Part shown: in pieces, positions 25,401-37,400 of the stretch
Layout of the letters: each line of letters starts with the position of its first letter
Position numbering within the stretch: position 1 is the stretch's first letter
NCBI GenBank assembly: GCA_964016885.1
Contig: OZ024740.1
Span: 386,384,001-386,448,000, forward strand
Length of the DNA stretch: 64,000 nt
Direction: 5' to 3'
From: Eledone cirrhosa
Taxonomy: Eukaryota
Position numbers and translations under genes: made by a program
Notes under the pieces: generated by a model
What the model was told of the DNA's origin: nothing
Databases searched by the model: none
The model's input: only the letters and a program-made list of their open reading frames with translations

Positions 25401-28400
25401 AGTGTCTTGTCAGTGGGCCACATTGCTATGGAGTGTCTCGTCAGTGTGCCACATTGCTGTGGAGTGTCTTGTCAGTGGGCCACATAGCTATGGAGTGTCT
25501 TGTCAGTGGGCCACATTGCTGTGGAGTGTCTTGTCAGTGGGCCACATTGCTTATGGAGTGTCTTGTCAGTGGGCCACATAGCTATAGAGTGTCTTGTCAG
25601 TGGGCCACATTGCTATGGAGTGTCTTGTCAGTGGGCCACATTGCTATGGAGTGTCTTGTCAGTGGGCCACATTGCTATGTAGTTTCTTGTCAGTGGTCCA
25701 CATAGCAATGGAGTGTCTTGTCAGTGGGCCACATAGCAATGGAGCGTCTTGTCAGTGGGCCACATTGCTATGGAGTGTCTTGTCAGTGGGCCACATTGGT
25801 ATGGAGTGTCTCGTCAGTGGGCCACATTGCTGTGGAGTGCCTTGTCAGTGGGCCACATTGCTATGGAGTGTCTTGTCAGTGGGCCACATTGGTATGGAGT
25901 GTCTTGTCAGTGGGCCACATAGCTATAGAGTGTCTTGTCAGTGGGCCACATTGCTATGGAGTGTCTTGTCAGTGGGCCACATTGGTATGGAGTGTCTTGT
26001 CAGTGGGCCACATATCTATAGAGTGTCTCGTCAGTGGGCCACATTGCTGTGGAGTGTCTTGTCAGTGGGCCACATTGCTATGGAGTGTCTTGTCAGTGGG
26101 CCACATTGGTATGGAGTGTCTTGTCAGTGGGCCACATTGCTATGGAGTGTCTTGTCAGTGGGCCACATTGCTATGGAGTGTCTCGTCAGTGGGCCACATT
26201 GCTATGGAGTGTCTTGTCAGTGGGCCACATTGCTATGGAGTGTCTTGTCAGTGGGCCACATAGCTATGGAGTGTCTTGTCAGTGGGCCACATAGCTATGG
26301 AGTGTCTTGTCAGTGGGCCACATTGCTATGGAGTGTCTTGTCAGTGGGCCACATTGCTATGGAGTGTCTTGTCAGTGGGCCACATTGCTATGTAGTGTCT
26401 TGTCGGTGGGCCACATTGCTATGGAGTGTCTTGTCAGTGGGCCACATTGCTATGGAGTGTCTCGTCAGTGGGCCACATTGCTATGGAGTGTCTTGTCAGT
26501 GGGCCACATAGCTATGGAGTGTCTTGTCAGTGGGCCACATTGCTATGGAGTGTCTCGTCAGTGGGCCACATTGCTATGGAGTGTCTTGTCAGTGGGCCAC
26601 ATAGCTATGGAGTGTCTTGTCAGTGGGCCACATAGCTATGGAGTGTCTTGTCAGTGGGCCACATTGCTATGGAGTGTCTTGTCAGTGGGCCACATTGCTA
26701 TGGAGTGTCTTGTCAGTGGGCCACATTGCTATGGAGTGTCTTGTCAGTGGGCCACATAGCTATGGAGTGTCTTGTCAGTGGGCCACATTGCTATGGAGTG
26801 TCTTGTCAGTGGGCCACATAGCTATGGAGTGTCTTGTCAGTGGGCCACATTGCTATGGAGTGTCTTGTCAGTGGGCCACATTGATATGGAGTGTCTTGTC
26901 AGTGGGCCACATAGCTATGGAGTGTCTCGTCAGTGGGCCACATTGCTATGGAGTGTCTTGTCAGTGGGCCACATAGCAATGGAGCGTCTTGTCAGTGGGC
27001 CACATAGCAATGGAGTGTCTTGTCAGTGGGCCACATAGCTATGGAGTGTCTTGTCAGTGGGCCACATTGCTATGGAGTGTCTTGTCAGTGGGCCACATTG
27101 CTATGGAGTGTCTTGTCAGTGGGCCACGTAGCTATGGAGTGTCTTGTCAGTGGGTCACATTGCTATGGAGTGTCTTGTCAGTGGGCCACATTGCTATGGA
27201 GTGTCTTGTCAGTGGGCCACATTGCTATGGAGTGACTTGTCAGTGGGCCACATTGCTGTGGAGTGTCTTGTCAGTGGGCCACATAGCTATGGAGTGTCTT
27301 GTCAGTGGGCCACATTGCTATGGAGTGTCTTGTCAGTGGGTCACATTGCTATGGAGTGTCTTGTCAGTGGGCCACATTGCTATGGAGTGTCTTGTCAGTG
27401 GGCCACATTGCTATGGAGTGTCTTGTCAGTGGGCCACATTGCTATGGAGTGTCTTGTCAGTGGGTCACATTGCTGTGGAGTGTCTTGTCAGTGGGCCACA
27501 TTGCTATGGAGTGTCTTGTCAGTGGGCCACATAAATATGGAGTGTCTTGTCAGTGGGCCACATAGCTACGGAGTGTCTTGTCAGTGGGCCACATAGCTAT
27601 GGAGTGTCTTGTCAGTGGGCCACATTGCTATGGAGTTTCTTGTCAGTGGGCCACATAGCTATGGAGTGTCTTGTCAGTGGGCCACATTGCTATGGAGTGT
27701 CTCGTCAGTGGGCCACATTGCTATGGAGTGTCTTGTCAGTGGGCCACATAGCTATGGAGTGTCTTGTCAGTGGGCCACATAGCTATGGAGTGTCTTGTCA
27801 GTGGGCCACATAGCTATGGAGTGTCTTGTCAGTGGGCCACATAGCTATGGAGTGTCTTGTCAGTGGGCCACATAGCTATGGAGTGTCTTGTCAGTGGGCC
27901 ACATTGCTGTGGAGTGTCTTGTCAGTGGGCCACATTGCTATGGAGTGTCTTGTCAGTGGGCTACATAGCTATGGAGTGTCTTCTCAGTGGGCCACATTGC
28001 CATGGAGTGTCTTGTCAGTGGGTCACATTGCTATGGAGTGTCTTGTCAGTGGGCCACATTGCTATGGAGTGTCTTGTCAGTGGGTCACATTGCTATGGAG
28101 TGTCTTGTCAGTGGGCCACATAGCAATGGAGCGTCTTGTCAGTGGGCCACATAGCAATGGAGTGTCTTGTCATTGGGCCACATAGCTATGGAGTGTCTTG
28201 TCAGAGGGCCACGTTGCTATGGAGTGTCTTGTCAGTGGGCCACATTGCTGTGGAGTGTCTTGTCAGTGGGCCACATTGCTGTGGAGTGTCTTGTCAGTGG
28301 GCCACATTGGTATGGAGTGTCTTGTCAGTGGGCCACATTGCTATGGAGTGTCTTGTCAGTGGGCCACATAGCAATGGAGTGTCTTGTCAGTGGGCCACAT

Positions 28401-31400
28401 TGCTATGTAGTTTCTTGTCAGTGGGCCACATAGCAATGGAGCGTCTTGTCAGTGGGCCACATTGCTATGGAGTGTCTTGTCAGTGGGCCACATTGGTATG
28501 GAGTGTCTTGTCAGTGGGCCACATTGCTATGGAGTGTCTTGTCATTGGGCCACATTGCTATGCAGTGTCTTGTCAGTGGGCGACATAGCTATGGAGTGTC
28601 TTGTCAGTGGTCCACATAGCTATGGAGTGTCTTGTCAGTGGGTCACATTGCTATGGAGTGTCTCGTCAGTGGGCCACATTGCTGTGGAGTGTCTTGTCAG
28701 GGGGCCACATAGCTATGGAGTGTCTTGTCAGTGGGCCACATTGCTGTGGAGTGTCTTGTCAGTGGGCCACATTGCTTATGGAGTGTCTTGTCAGTGGGCC
28801 ACATAGCTATGGAGTGTCTTGTCAGTGGGCCACATTGCTATTGAGTGTCTTGTCAGTGGGCCACATTGCTATGGAGTGTCTTGTCAGTGGGCCACATTGC
28901 TATGGAGTGTCTTGTCAGTGGGCCACATTGCTATGTAGTTTCTTGTCAGTGGTCCACATAGCAATGGAGTGTCTTGTCAGTGGGCCACATAGCAATGGAG
29001 CGTCTTGTCAGTGGGCCACATAGCTATGGAGTGTCTTGTCAGTGGGCCACATTGGTATGGAGTGTCTCGTCAGTGGGCCACATTGCTATGGAGTGTCTTG
29101 TCAGTGGGCCATATTGCTATGGAGTGTCTTGTCAGTGGGCCACATTGCTATGGAGTGTCTTGTCAGTGGGCCACATAGCTATGGAGTGTCTTGTCAGTGG
29201 GCCACATAGCTATGGAGTGTCTTGTCAGTGGGCCACATTGCTATGGAGTGTCTTGTCAGTGGGCCACATTGCTATGGAGTGTCTTGTCAGTGGGCCACAT
29301 TGCTATGGAGTGTCGTGTCAGTGGGCCACATTGCTATGGAGTGTCTTGTCAGTGGGCCACATTGCTATGAAGTGTCTCGTCAGTGGGCCACATTGCTATG
29401 GAGTGTCTTGTCAGTGGGCCACATAGCTATGGAGTGTCTTGTCAGTGGGCCACATTGCTATGGAGTGTCTCATCAGTGGGCCACATTGCTATGGAGTGTC
29501 TTGTCAGTGGGCCACATAGCTATGGAGTGTCTTGTCAGTGGGCCACATAGCTATGGAGTGTCTTGTCAGTGGGCCACATTGCTATGGAGTGTCTTGTCAG
29601 TGGGCCACATTGCTATGGAGTGTCTTGTCAGTGGGCCACATTGCTATGGAGTGTCTTGTTAGTGGGCCACATTGCTATGGAGTGTCTTGTCAGTGGGCCA
29701 CATTGCTATGGAGTGTCTTGTCAGTGGGCCACATTGCTATGGAGTGTCTTGTCAGTGGGCCACATTGCTATGGAGTGTCTTGTCAGTGGGCCACATAGCT
29801 ATGGAGTGTCTTGTCAGTGGGCCACATTGCTATGGAGTGTCTTGTCAGTGGGCCACATAGCTATGGAGTGTCATGTCAGTGGGCCACATTGCTATGCAGT
29901 GTCTTGTCAGTGGGCCACATTGATATGGAGTGTCTTGTCAGTGGGCCACATAGCTATGGAGTGTCTCGTCAGTGGGCCACATTGCTATGGAGTGTCTTGT
30001 CAGTGGGCCACATAGCAATGGAGCGTCTTGTCAGTGGGCCACATAGCAATGGAGTGTCTTGTCAGTGGGCCACATAGCTATGGAGTGTCTTGTCAGTGGG
30101 CCACATTGCTATGGAGTGTCTTGTCAGTGGGCCACATTGCTATGGAGTGTCTTGTCAGTGGGCCACGTAGCTATGGAGTGTCTTGTCAGTGGGTCACATT
30201 GCTATGGAGTGTCTTGTCAGTGGGCCACATTGCTATGGAGTGTCTTGTCAGTGGGCCACATTGCTGTGGAGTGTCTTGTCAGTGGGCCACATTGCTATGG
30301 AGTGTCTTGTCAGTGGGCCACATTGCTATGGAGTGTCTTGTCAGTGGGCCACATTGCCGTGGAGTGTCTTGTCAGTGGGCCACATTGCTGTGGAGTGTCT
30401 TGTCAGTGGGCCACATAGCTATGGAGTGTCTTGTCAGTGGGCCACATTGCTATGGAGTGTCTCGTCAGTGGGCCACATTGCTATGGAGTGTCTCGTCAGT
30501 GGGCCACATTGCTATGGAGTGTCTCGTCAGTGGGCCACATTGCTATGGAGTGTCTTTTCAGTGGGCCACATTGCTATGGAGTGTCTTGTCAGTGGGCCAC
30601 ATTGCTGTGGAGTGTCTTGTCAGTGGGCCACATTGCTATGGAGTGTCTTGTCAGTGGGCCACATTGCTGTGGAGTGTCTTGTCAGTGGGCCACATTGCTA
30701 TGGAGTGTCTTGTCAGTGGGCCACATAGCAATGGAGTGTCTTGTCAGTGGGCCACATAGCTATGGAGTGTCTTGTCAGTGGGCCACATTGCTATGGAGTG
30801 TCTTGTCAGTGGGCCACATTGCTGTGGAGTGTCTTGTCAGTGGGCCACATTGCTATGGAGTGTCTTGTCAGTGGGCCACATTGCTATGGAGTGTCTTGTC
30901 AGTGGGCCACATTGCTATGGAGTGTCTTGTCAGTGGGCCACATTGCTATGGAGTGTCTTGTCAGTGGGCCACATTGCTGTGGAGTGTCTTGTCAGTGGGC
31001 CACATTGCTGTGGAGTGTCTTGTCAGTGGGCCACATTGCTATGGAGTGTCTTGTCAGTGGGCCACATTGCTGTGGAGTGTCTTGTCAGTGGGCCACATTG
31101 CTATGGAGTGTCTTGTCAGTGGGCTACATAGCTATGGAGTGTCTTGTCAGTGGGCCACATTGCTATGGAGTGTCTTGTCAGTGGGTCACATTGCTATGGA
31201 GTGTCTTGTCAGTGGGCCACATTCTTATGGAGTGTCTTGTCAGTGGGTCACATTGCTATGGAGTGTCTTGTCAGTGGGTCACATTGCTATGGAGTGTCTA
31301 GTCAGTGGGCCACATTGCTATGGAGTGTCTTGTCAGTGGGCCACATTGCTACGGAGTGTCTTGTCAGTGGGCCACATTGCTATGGAGTGTCTTGTCAGTG

Positions 31401-34400
31401 GGCCACATTGCTGTGGAGTGTCCTGTCAGTGGGCCACATAGCTATGGAGTGTCTTGTCAGTGGGCCACATGGCTGTGGAGTGTCTTGTCAGTGGGCCACA
31501 TAGCTATGGAGTGTCTTGTCAGTGGGCCACATTGCTGTGGAGTGTCTTGTCAGTGGGCCACATTGCTATGGAGTGTCTTGTCAGTGGGCCACATTGCTAT
31601 GGAGTGTCTTGTCAGTGGGCCACATAGCAATGGAGCGTCTTGTCAGTGGGCCACATAGCAATGGAGTGTCTTGTCATTGGGCCACATAGCTATGGAGTGT
31701 CTTGTCAGTGGGCCACATTGCTATGGAGTGTCTTGTCAGTGGGCCACATTGCTGTGGAGTGTCTTGTCAGTGGGCCACATTGCTATGGAGTGTCTTGTCA
31801 GTGGGCCACATAGCAATGGAGTGTCTTGTCAGTGGGCCACATTGCTATATAGTTTCTTGTCAGTGGGCCACATAGCAATGGAGCGTCTTGTCAGTGGGCC
31901 ACATTGCTATGGAGTGTCTTGTCAGTGGGCCACATTGGTATGGAGTGTCTTGTCAGTGGGCCACATTGCTATGGAGTGTCTTGTCAGTGGGCCACATTGC
32001 TATGTAGTGTCTTGTCAGTGGGCGACATAGCTATGGAGTGTCTTGTCAGTGGTCCACATAGCTATGGAGTGTCTTGTCAGTGGGCCACATTGCTATGGAG
32101 TGTCTCGTCAGTGTGCCACATTGCTGTGGAGTGTCTTGTCAGTGGGCCACATAGCTATGGAGTGTCTTGTCAGTGGGCCACATTGCTGTGGAGTGTCTTG
32201 TCAGTGGGCCACATTGCTTATGGAGTGTCTTGTCAGTGGGCCACATAGCTATAGAGTGTCTTGTCAGTGGGCCACATTGCTATGGAGTGTCTTGTCAGTG
32301 GGCCACATTGCTATGGAGTGTCTTGTCAGTGGGCCACATTGCTATGTAGTTTCTTGTCAGTGGTCCACATAGCAATGGAGTGTCTTGTCAGTGGGCCACA
32401 TAGCAATGGAGCGTCTTGTCAGTGGGCCACATTGCTATGGAGTGTCTTGTCAGTGGGCCACATTGGTATGGAGTGTCTCGTCAGTGGGCCACATTGCTGT
32501 GGAGTGCCTTGTCAGTGGGCCACATTGCTATGGAGTGTCTTGTCAGTGGGCCACATTGGTATGGAGTGTCTTGTCAGTGGGCCACATAGCTATAGAGTGT
32601 CTTGTCAGTGGGCCACATTGCTATGGAGTGTCTTGTCAGTGGGCCACATTGGTATGGAGTGTCTTGTCAGTGGGCCACATATCTATAGAGTGTCTCGTCA
32701 GTGGGCCACATTGCTGTGGAGTGTCTTGTCAGTGGGCCACATTGCTATGGAGTGTCTTGTCAGTGGGCCACATTGGTATGGAGTGTCTTGTCAGTGGGCC
32801 ACATTGCTATGGAGTGTCTTGTCAGTGGGCCACATTGCTATGGAGTGTCTCGTCAGTGGGCCACATTGCTATGGAGTGTCTTGTCAGTGGGCCACATTGC
32901 TATGGAGTGTCTTGTCAGTGGGCCACATAGCTATGGAGTGTCTTGTCAGTGGGCCACATAGCTATGGAGTGTCTTGTCAGTGGGCCACATTGCTATGGAG
33001 TGTCTTGTCAGTGGGCCACATTGCTATGGAGTGTCTTGTCAGTGGGCCACATTGCTATGTAGTGTCTTGTCGGTGGGCCACATTGCTATGGAGTGTCTTG
33101 TCAGTGGGCCACATTGCTATGGAGTGTCTCGTCAGTGGGCCACATTGCTATGGAGTGTCTTGTCAGTGGGCCACATTGCTATGGAGTGTCTCGTCAGTGG
33201 GCCACATTGCTATGGAGTGTCTTGTCAGTGGGCCACATAGCTATGGAGTGTCTTGTCAGTGGGCCACATAGCTATGGAGTGTCTTGTCAGTGGGCCACAT
33301 TGCTATGGAGTGTCTTGTCAGTGGGCCACATTGCTATGGAGTGTCTTGTCAGTGGGCCACATTGCTATGGAGTGTCTTGTCAGTGGGCCACATAGCTATG
33401 GAGTGTCTTGTCAGTGGGCCACATTGCTATGGAGTGTCTTGTCAGTGGGCCACATAGCTATGGAGTGTCTTGTCAGTGGGCCACATTGCTATGGAGTGTC
33501 TTGTCAGTGGGCCACATTGATATGGAGTGTCTTGTCAGTGGGCCACATAGCTATGGAGTGTCTCGTCAGTGGGCCACATTGCTATGGAGTGTCTTGTCAG
33601 TGGGCCACATAGCAATGGAGCGTCTTGTCAGTGGGCCACATAGCAATGGAGTGTCTTGTCAGTGGGCCACATAGCTATGGAGTGTCTTGTCAGTGGGCCA
33701 CATTGCTATGGAGTGTCTTGTCAGTGGGCCACATTGCTATGGAGTGTCTTGTCAGTGGGCCACGTAGCTATGGAGTGTCTTGTCAGTGGGTCACATTGCT
33801 ATGGAGTGTCTTGTCAGTGGGCCACATTGCTATGGAGTGTCTTGTCAGTGGGCCACATTGCTATGGAGTGACTTGTCAGTGGGCCACATTGCTGTGGAGT
33901 GTCTTGTCAGTGGGCCACATAGCTATGGAGTGTCTTGTCAGTGGGCCACATTGCTATGGAGTGTCTTGTCAGTGGGTCACATTGCTATGGAGTGTCTTGT
34001 CAGTGGGCCACATTGCTATGGAGTGTCTTGTCAGTGGGCCACATTGCTATGGAGTGTCTTGTCAGTGGGCCACATTGCTATGGAGTGTCTTGTCAGTGGG
34101 TCACATTGCTGTGGAGTGTCTTGTCAGTGGGCCACATTGCTATGGAGTGTCTTGTCAGTGGGCCACATTGCTATGGAGTGTCTTGTCAGTGGGTCACATT
34201 GCTATGGAGTGTCTTGTCAGTGGGCCACATTGCTATGGAGTGTCTTGTCAGTGGGCCACATTGCTATGGAGTGTCTTGTCAGTGGGTCACATAGCTATGG
34301 AGTGTCTTGTCAGTGTGCCACATAGCTATGGAGTGTCTTGTCAGTGGGTCACATTGCTATGGAGTGTCTTGTCAGTGGGCCACATTGCTATGGAGTGTCT

Positions 34401-37400
34401 TGTCAGTGGGCCACATTGCTATGGAGTGTCTTGTCAGTGGGTCACATTGCTATGGAGTGTCTTGTCAGTGGGCCACATTGCTATGGAGTGTCTTGTCAGT
34501 GGGTCACATTGCTATGGAGTGTCTTGTCAGTGGGCCACATTTCTATGGAGTGTCTTGTCAGTGGGCCACATTGCTATGGAGTGTCTTGTCAGTGGGCCAC
34601 ATTGCTATGTAGTGTTTTGTCAGTGGGCCACATTGCTATGGAGTGTCTTGTCAGTGGGCCACATAGCTATGGAGTGTCTTGTCAGTGGGCCACATAGCTA
34701 TGGAGTGTCTTGTCAGTGGGCCACATTGCTATGGAGTGTCTTATCAGTGGGCCACATTGCTATGGAGTGTCTTGTCAGTGGGCCACATAAATATGGAGTG
34801 TCTTGTCAGTGGGCCACATAGCTACGGAGTGTCTTGTCAGTGGGCCACATAGCTATGGAGTGTCTTGTCAGTGGGCCACATTGCTATGGAGTTTCTTGTC
34901 AGTGGGCCACATAGCTATGGAGTGTCTTGTCAGTGGGCCACATTGCTATGGAGTGTCTCGTCAGTGGGCCACATTGCTATGGAGTGTCTTGTCAGTGGGC
35001 CACATAGCTATGGAGTGTCTTGTCAGTGGGCCACATAGCTATGGAGTGTCTTGTCAGTGGGCCACATAGCTATGGAGTGTCTTGTCAGTGGGCCACATAG
35101 CTATGGAGTGTCTTGTCAGTGGGCCACATAGCTATGGAGTGTCTTGTCAGTGGGCCACATTGCTATGGAGTGTCTTGTCAGTGGGCGACATTGCTATGGA
35201 GTGTCTTGTCAGTGGGTCACATTGCTATGGAGTGTCTTGTCAGTGGGCCACATTGCTGTGGAGTGTCTTGTCAGTGGGCCACATTGCTGTGGAGTGTCTT
35301 GTCAGTGGGCCACATTGCTATGGAGTGTCTTGTCAGTGGGCCACATTGCTGTGGAGTGTCTTGTCAGTGGGCCACATTGCTGTGGAGTGTCTTGTCAGTG
35401 GGCCACATTGCTATGGAGTGTCTCGTCAGTGGGCCACATTGCTATGGAGTGTCTTGTCAGTGGGTCACATTGCTATGGAGTGTCTTGTCAGTGGGCCACA
35501 TTGCTATGGAGTGTCTTGTCAGTGGGCCACATAGCTATGGAGTATCTTGTCAGTGGGCCACATAGCAATGGAGCGTCTTGTCAGTGGGCCACATAGCAAT
35601 GGAGTGTCTTGTCATTGGGCCACATAGCTATGGAGTGTCTTGTCAGTGGGCCACATTGCTATGGAGTGTCTTGTCAGTGGGCCACATTGCTGTGGAGTGT
35701 CTTGTCAGTGGGCCACATTGCTATGGAGTATCTTGTCATTGGGCCACATTGCTATGGAGTGTCTTGTCAGTGGTCCACATAGCTATGGAGTGTCTTGTCA
35801 GTGGGTCACATTGCTATGGAATGTCTCGTCAGTGGGCCACATTGCTATGTAGTTTCTTGTCAGTGGTCCACATAGCAATGATAGCTATGGAGTGTCTTGT
35901 CAGTGGGCCACATTGCTATGGAATGTCTCGTCAGTGGGCCACATTGCTGTGGAGTGTCTTGTCAGTGGGCCACATAGCTATGGAGTGTCTTGTCAGTGGG
36001 CCAGATTGCTGTGGAGTGTCTTGTCAGTGGGCCACATTGCTATGGAGTGTCTTGTCAGTGGGCCACATAGCTATGGAGTGTCTTGTCAGTGGGCCACATT
36101 GCTATGGAGTGTCTTGTCAGTGGGCCACATTGCTATGGAGTGTCTTGTCAGTGGGCCACATTGCTATGTAGTTTCTTGTCAGTGGTCCACATAGCAATGG
36201 AGTGTCTTGTCAGTGGGCCACATAGCAATGGAGTGTCTTGTCAGTGGGCCACATAGCAATGGAGCGTCTTGTCAGTGGGCCACATAGCTATGGAGTGTCT
36301 TGTCAGTTTGGCCACATTGGTGTGGAGTGTCTTGTCAGTGGGCCACATTGCTATGGAGTGTCTTGTCAGTGGGCCACATTGCTATGCAGTGTCTTGTCAG
36401 TGGGCGACATAGCTATGGAGTGTCTTGTCAGTGGGCCACATAGCTATGGAGTGTCTCGTCAGTGGGCCACATTGCTATGGAGTGTCTTGTCAGTGGGCCA
36501 CATTGCTATGGAGTGTCTTGTCAGTGGGCCACATTGCTATGGAGTGTCTCGTCAGTGGGCCACATTGCTATGGAGTGTCTTGTCAGTGGGCCACATAGCA
36601 ATGGAGCGTCTTGTCAGTGGGCCACATAGCTATGGAGTGTCTTGTCAGTGGGCCACATTGCTATGGAGTGTCTCGTCAGTGGGCCACATTGCTATGGAGT
36701 GTCTTGTCAGTGGGCCACATAGCTATGGAGTGTCTTGTCAGTGGGCCACATAGCTATGGAGTGTCTTGTCAGTGGGCCACATTGCTATGGAGTGTCTTGT
36801 CAGTGGGCCACATTGCTATGGAGTGTCTTGTCAGTGGCCACATTGCTATGGAGTGTCTTATCAGTGGGCCACATTGCTATGGAGTGTCTTGTCAGTGGGC
36901 CACATTGCTATGGAGTGTCTTGTCAGTGGGCCACATTGCTATGGGGTGTCTTGTCAGTGGGCCACATTGCTATGGAGTGTCTTGTCAGTGGGCCACATTG
37001 CTATGGAGTGTCTTGTCAGTGGGCCACATAGCTATGGAGTGTCTTGTCAGTGGGCCACATTGCTATGGAGTGTCTTGTCAGTGGGCCACATAGCTATGGA
37101 GTGTCTTGTCAGTGGGCCACATTGCTATGGAGTGTCTTGTCAGTGGGCCACATTGCTATGGAGTGTCTTGTCAGTGGGCCACATTGCTATGCAGTGTCTT
37201 GTCAGTGGGCGACATAGCTATGGAGTGTCTTGTCAGTGGTCCACATAGCTATGGCGTGTCTTGTCAGTGGGCCACATTGCTATGGAATGTCTCGTCAGTG
37301 GGCCACATTGCTGTGGAGTGTCTTGTCAGTGGGCCACATAGCTATGGAGTGTCTTGTCAGTGGGCCACATTGCTGTGGAGTGTCTTGTCAGTGGGCCACA

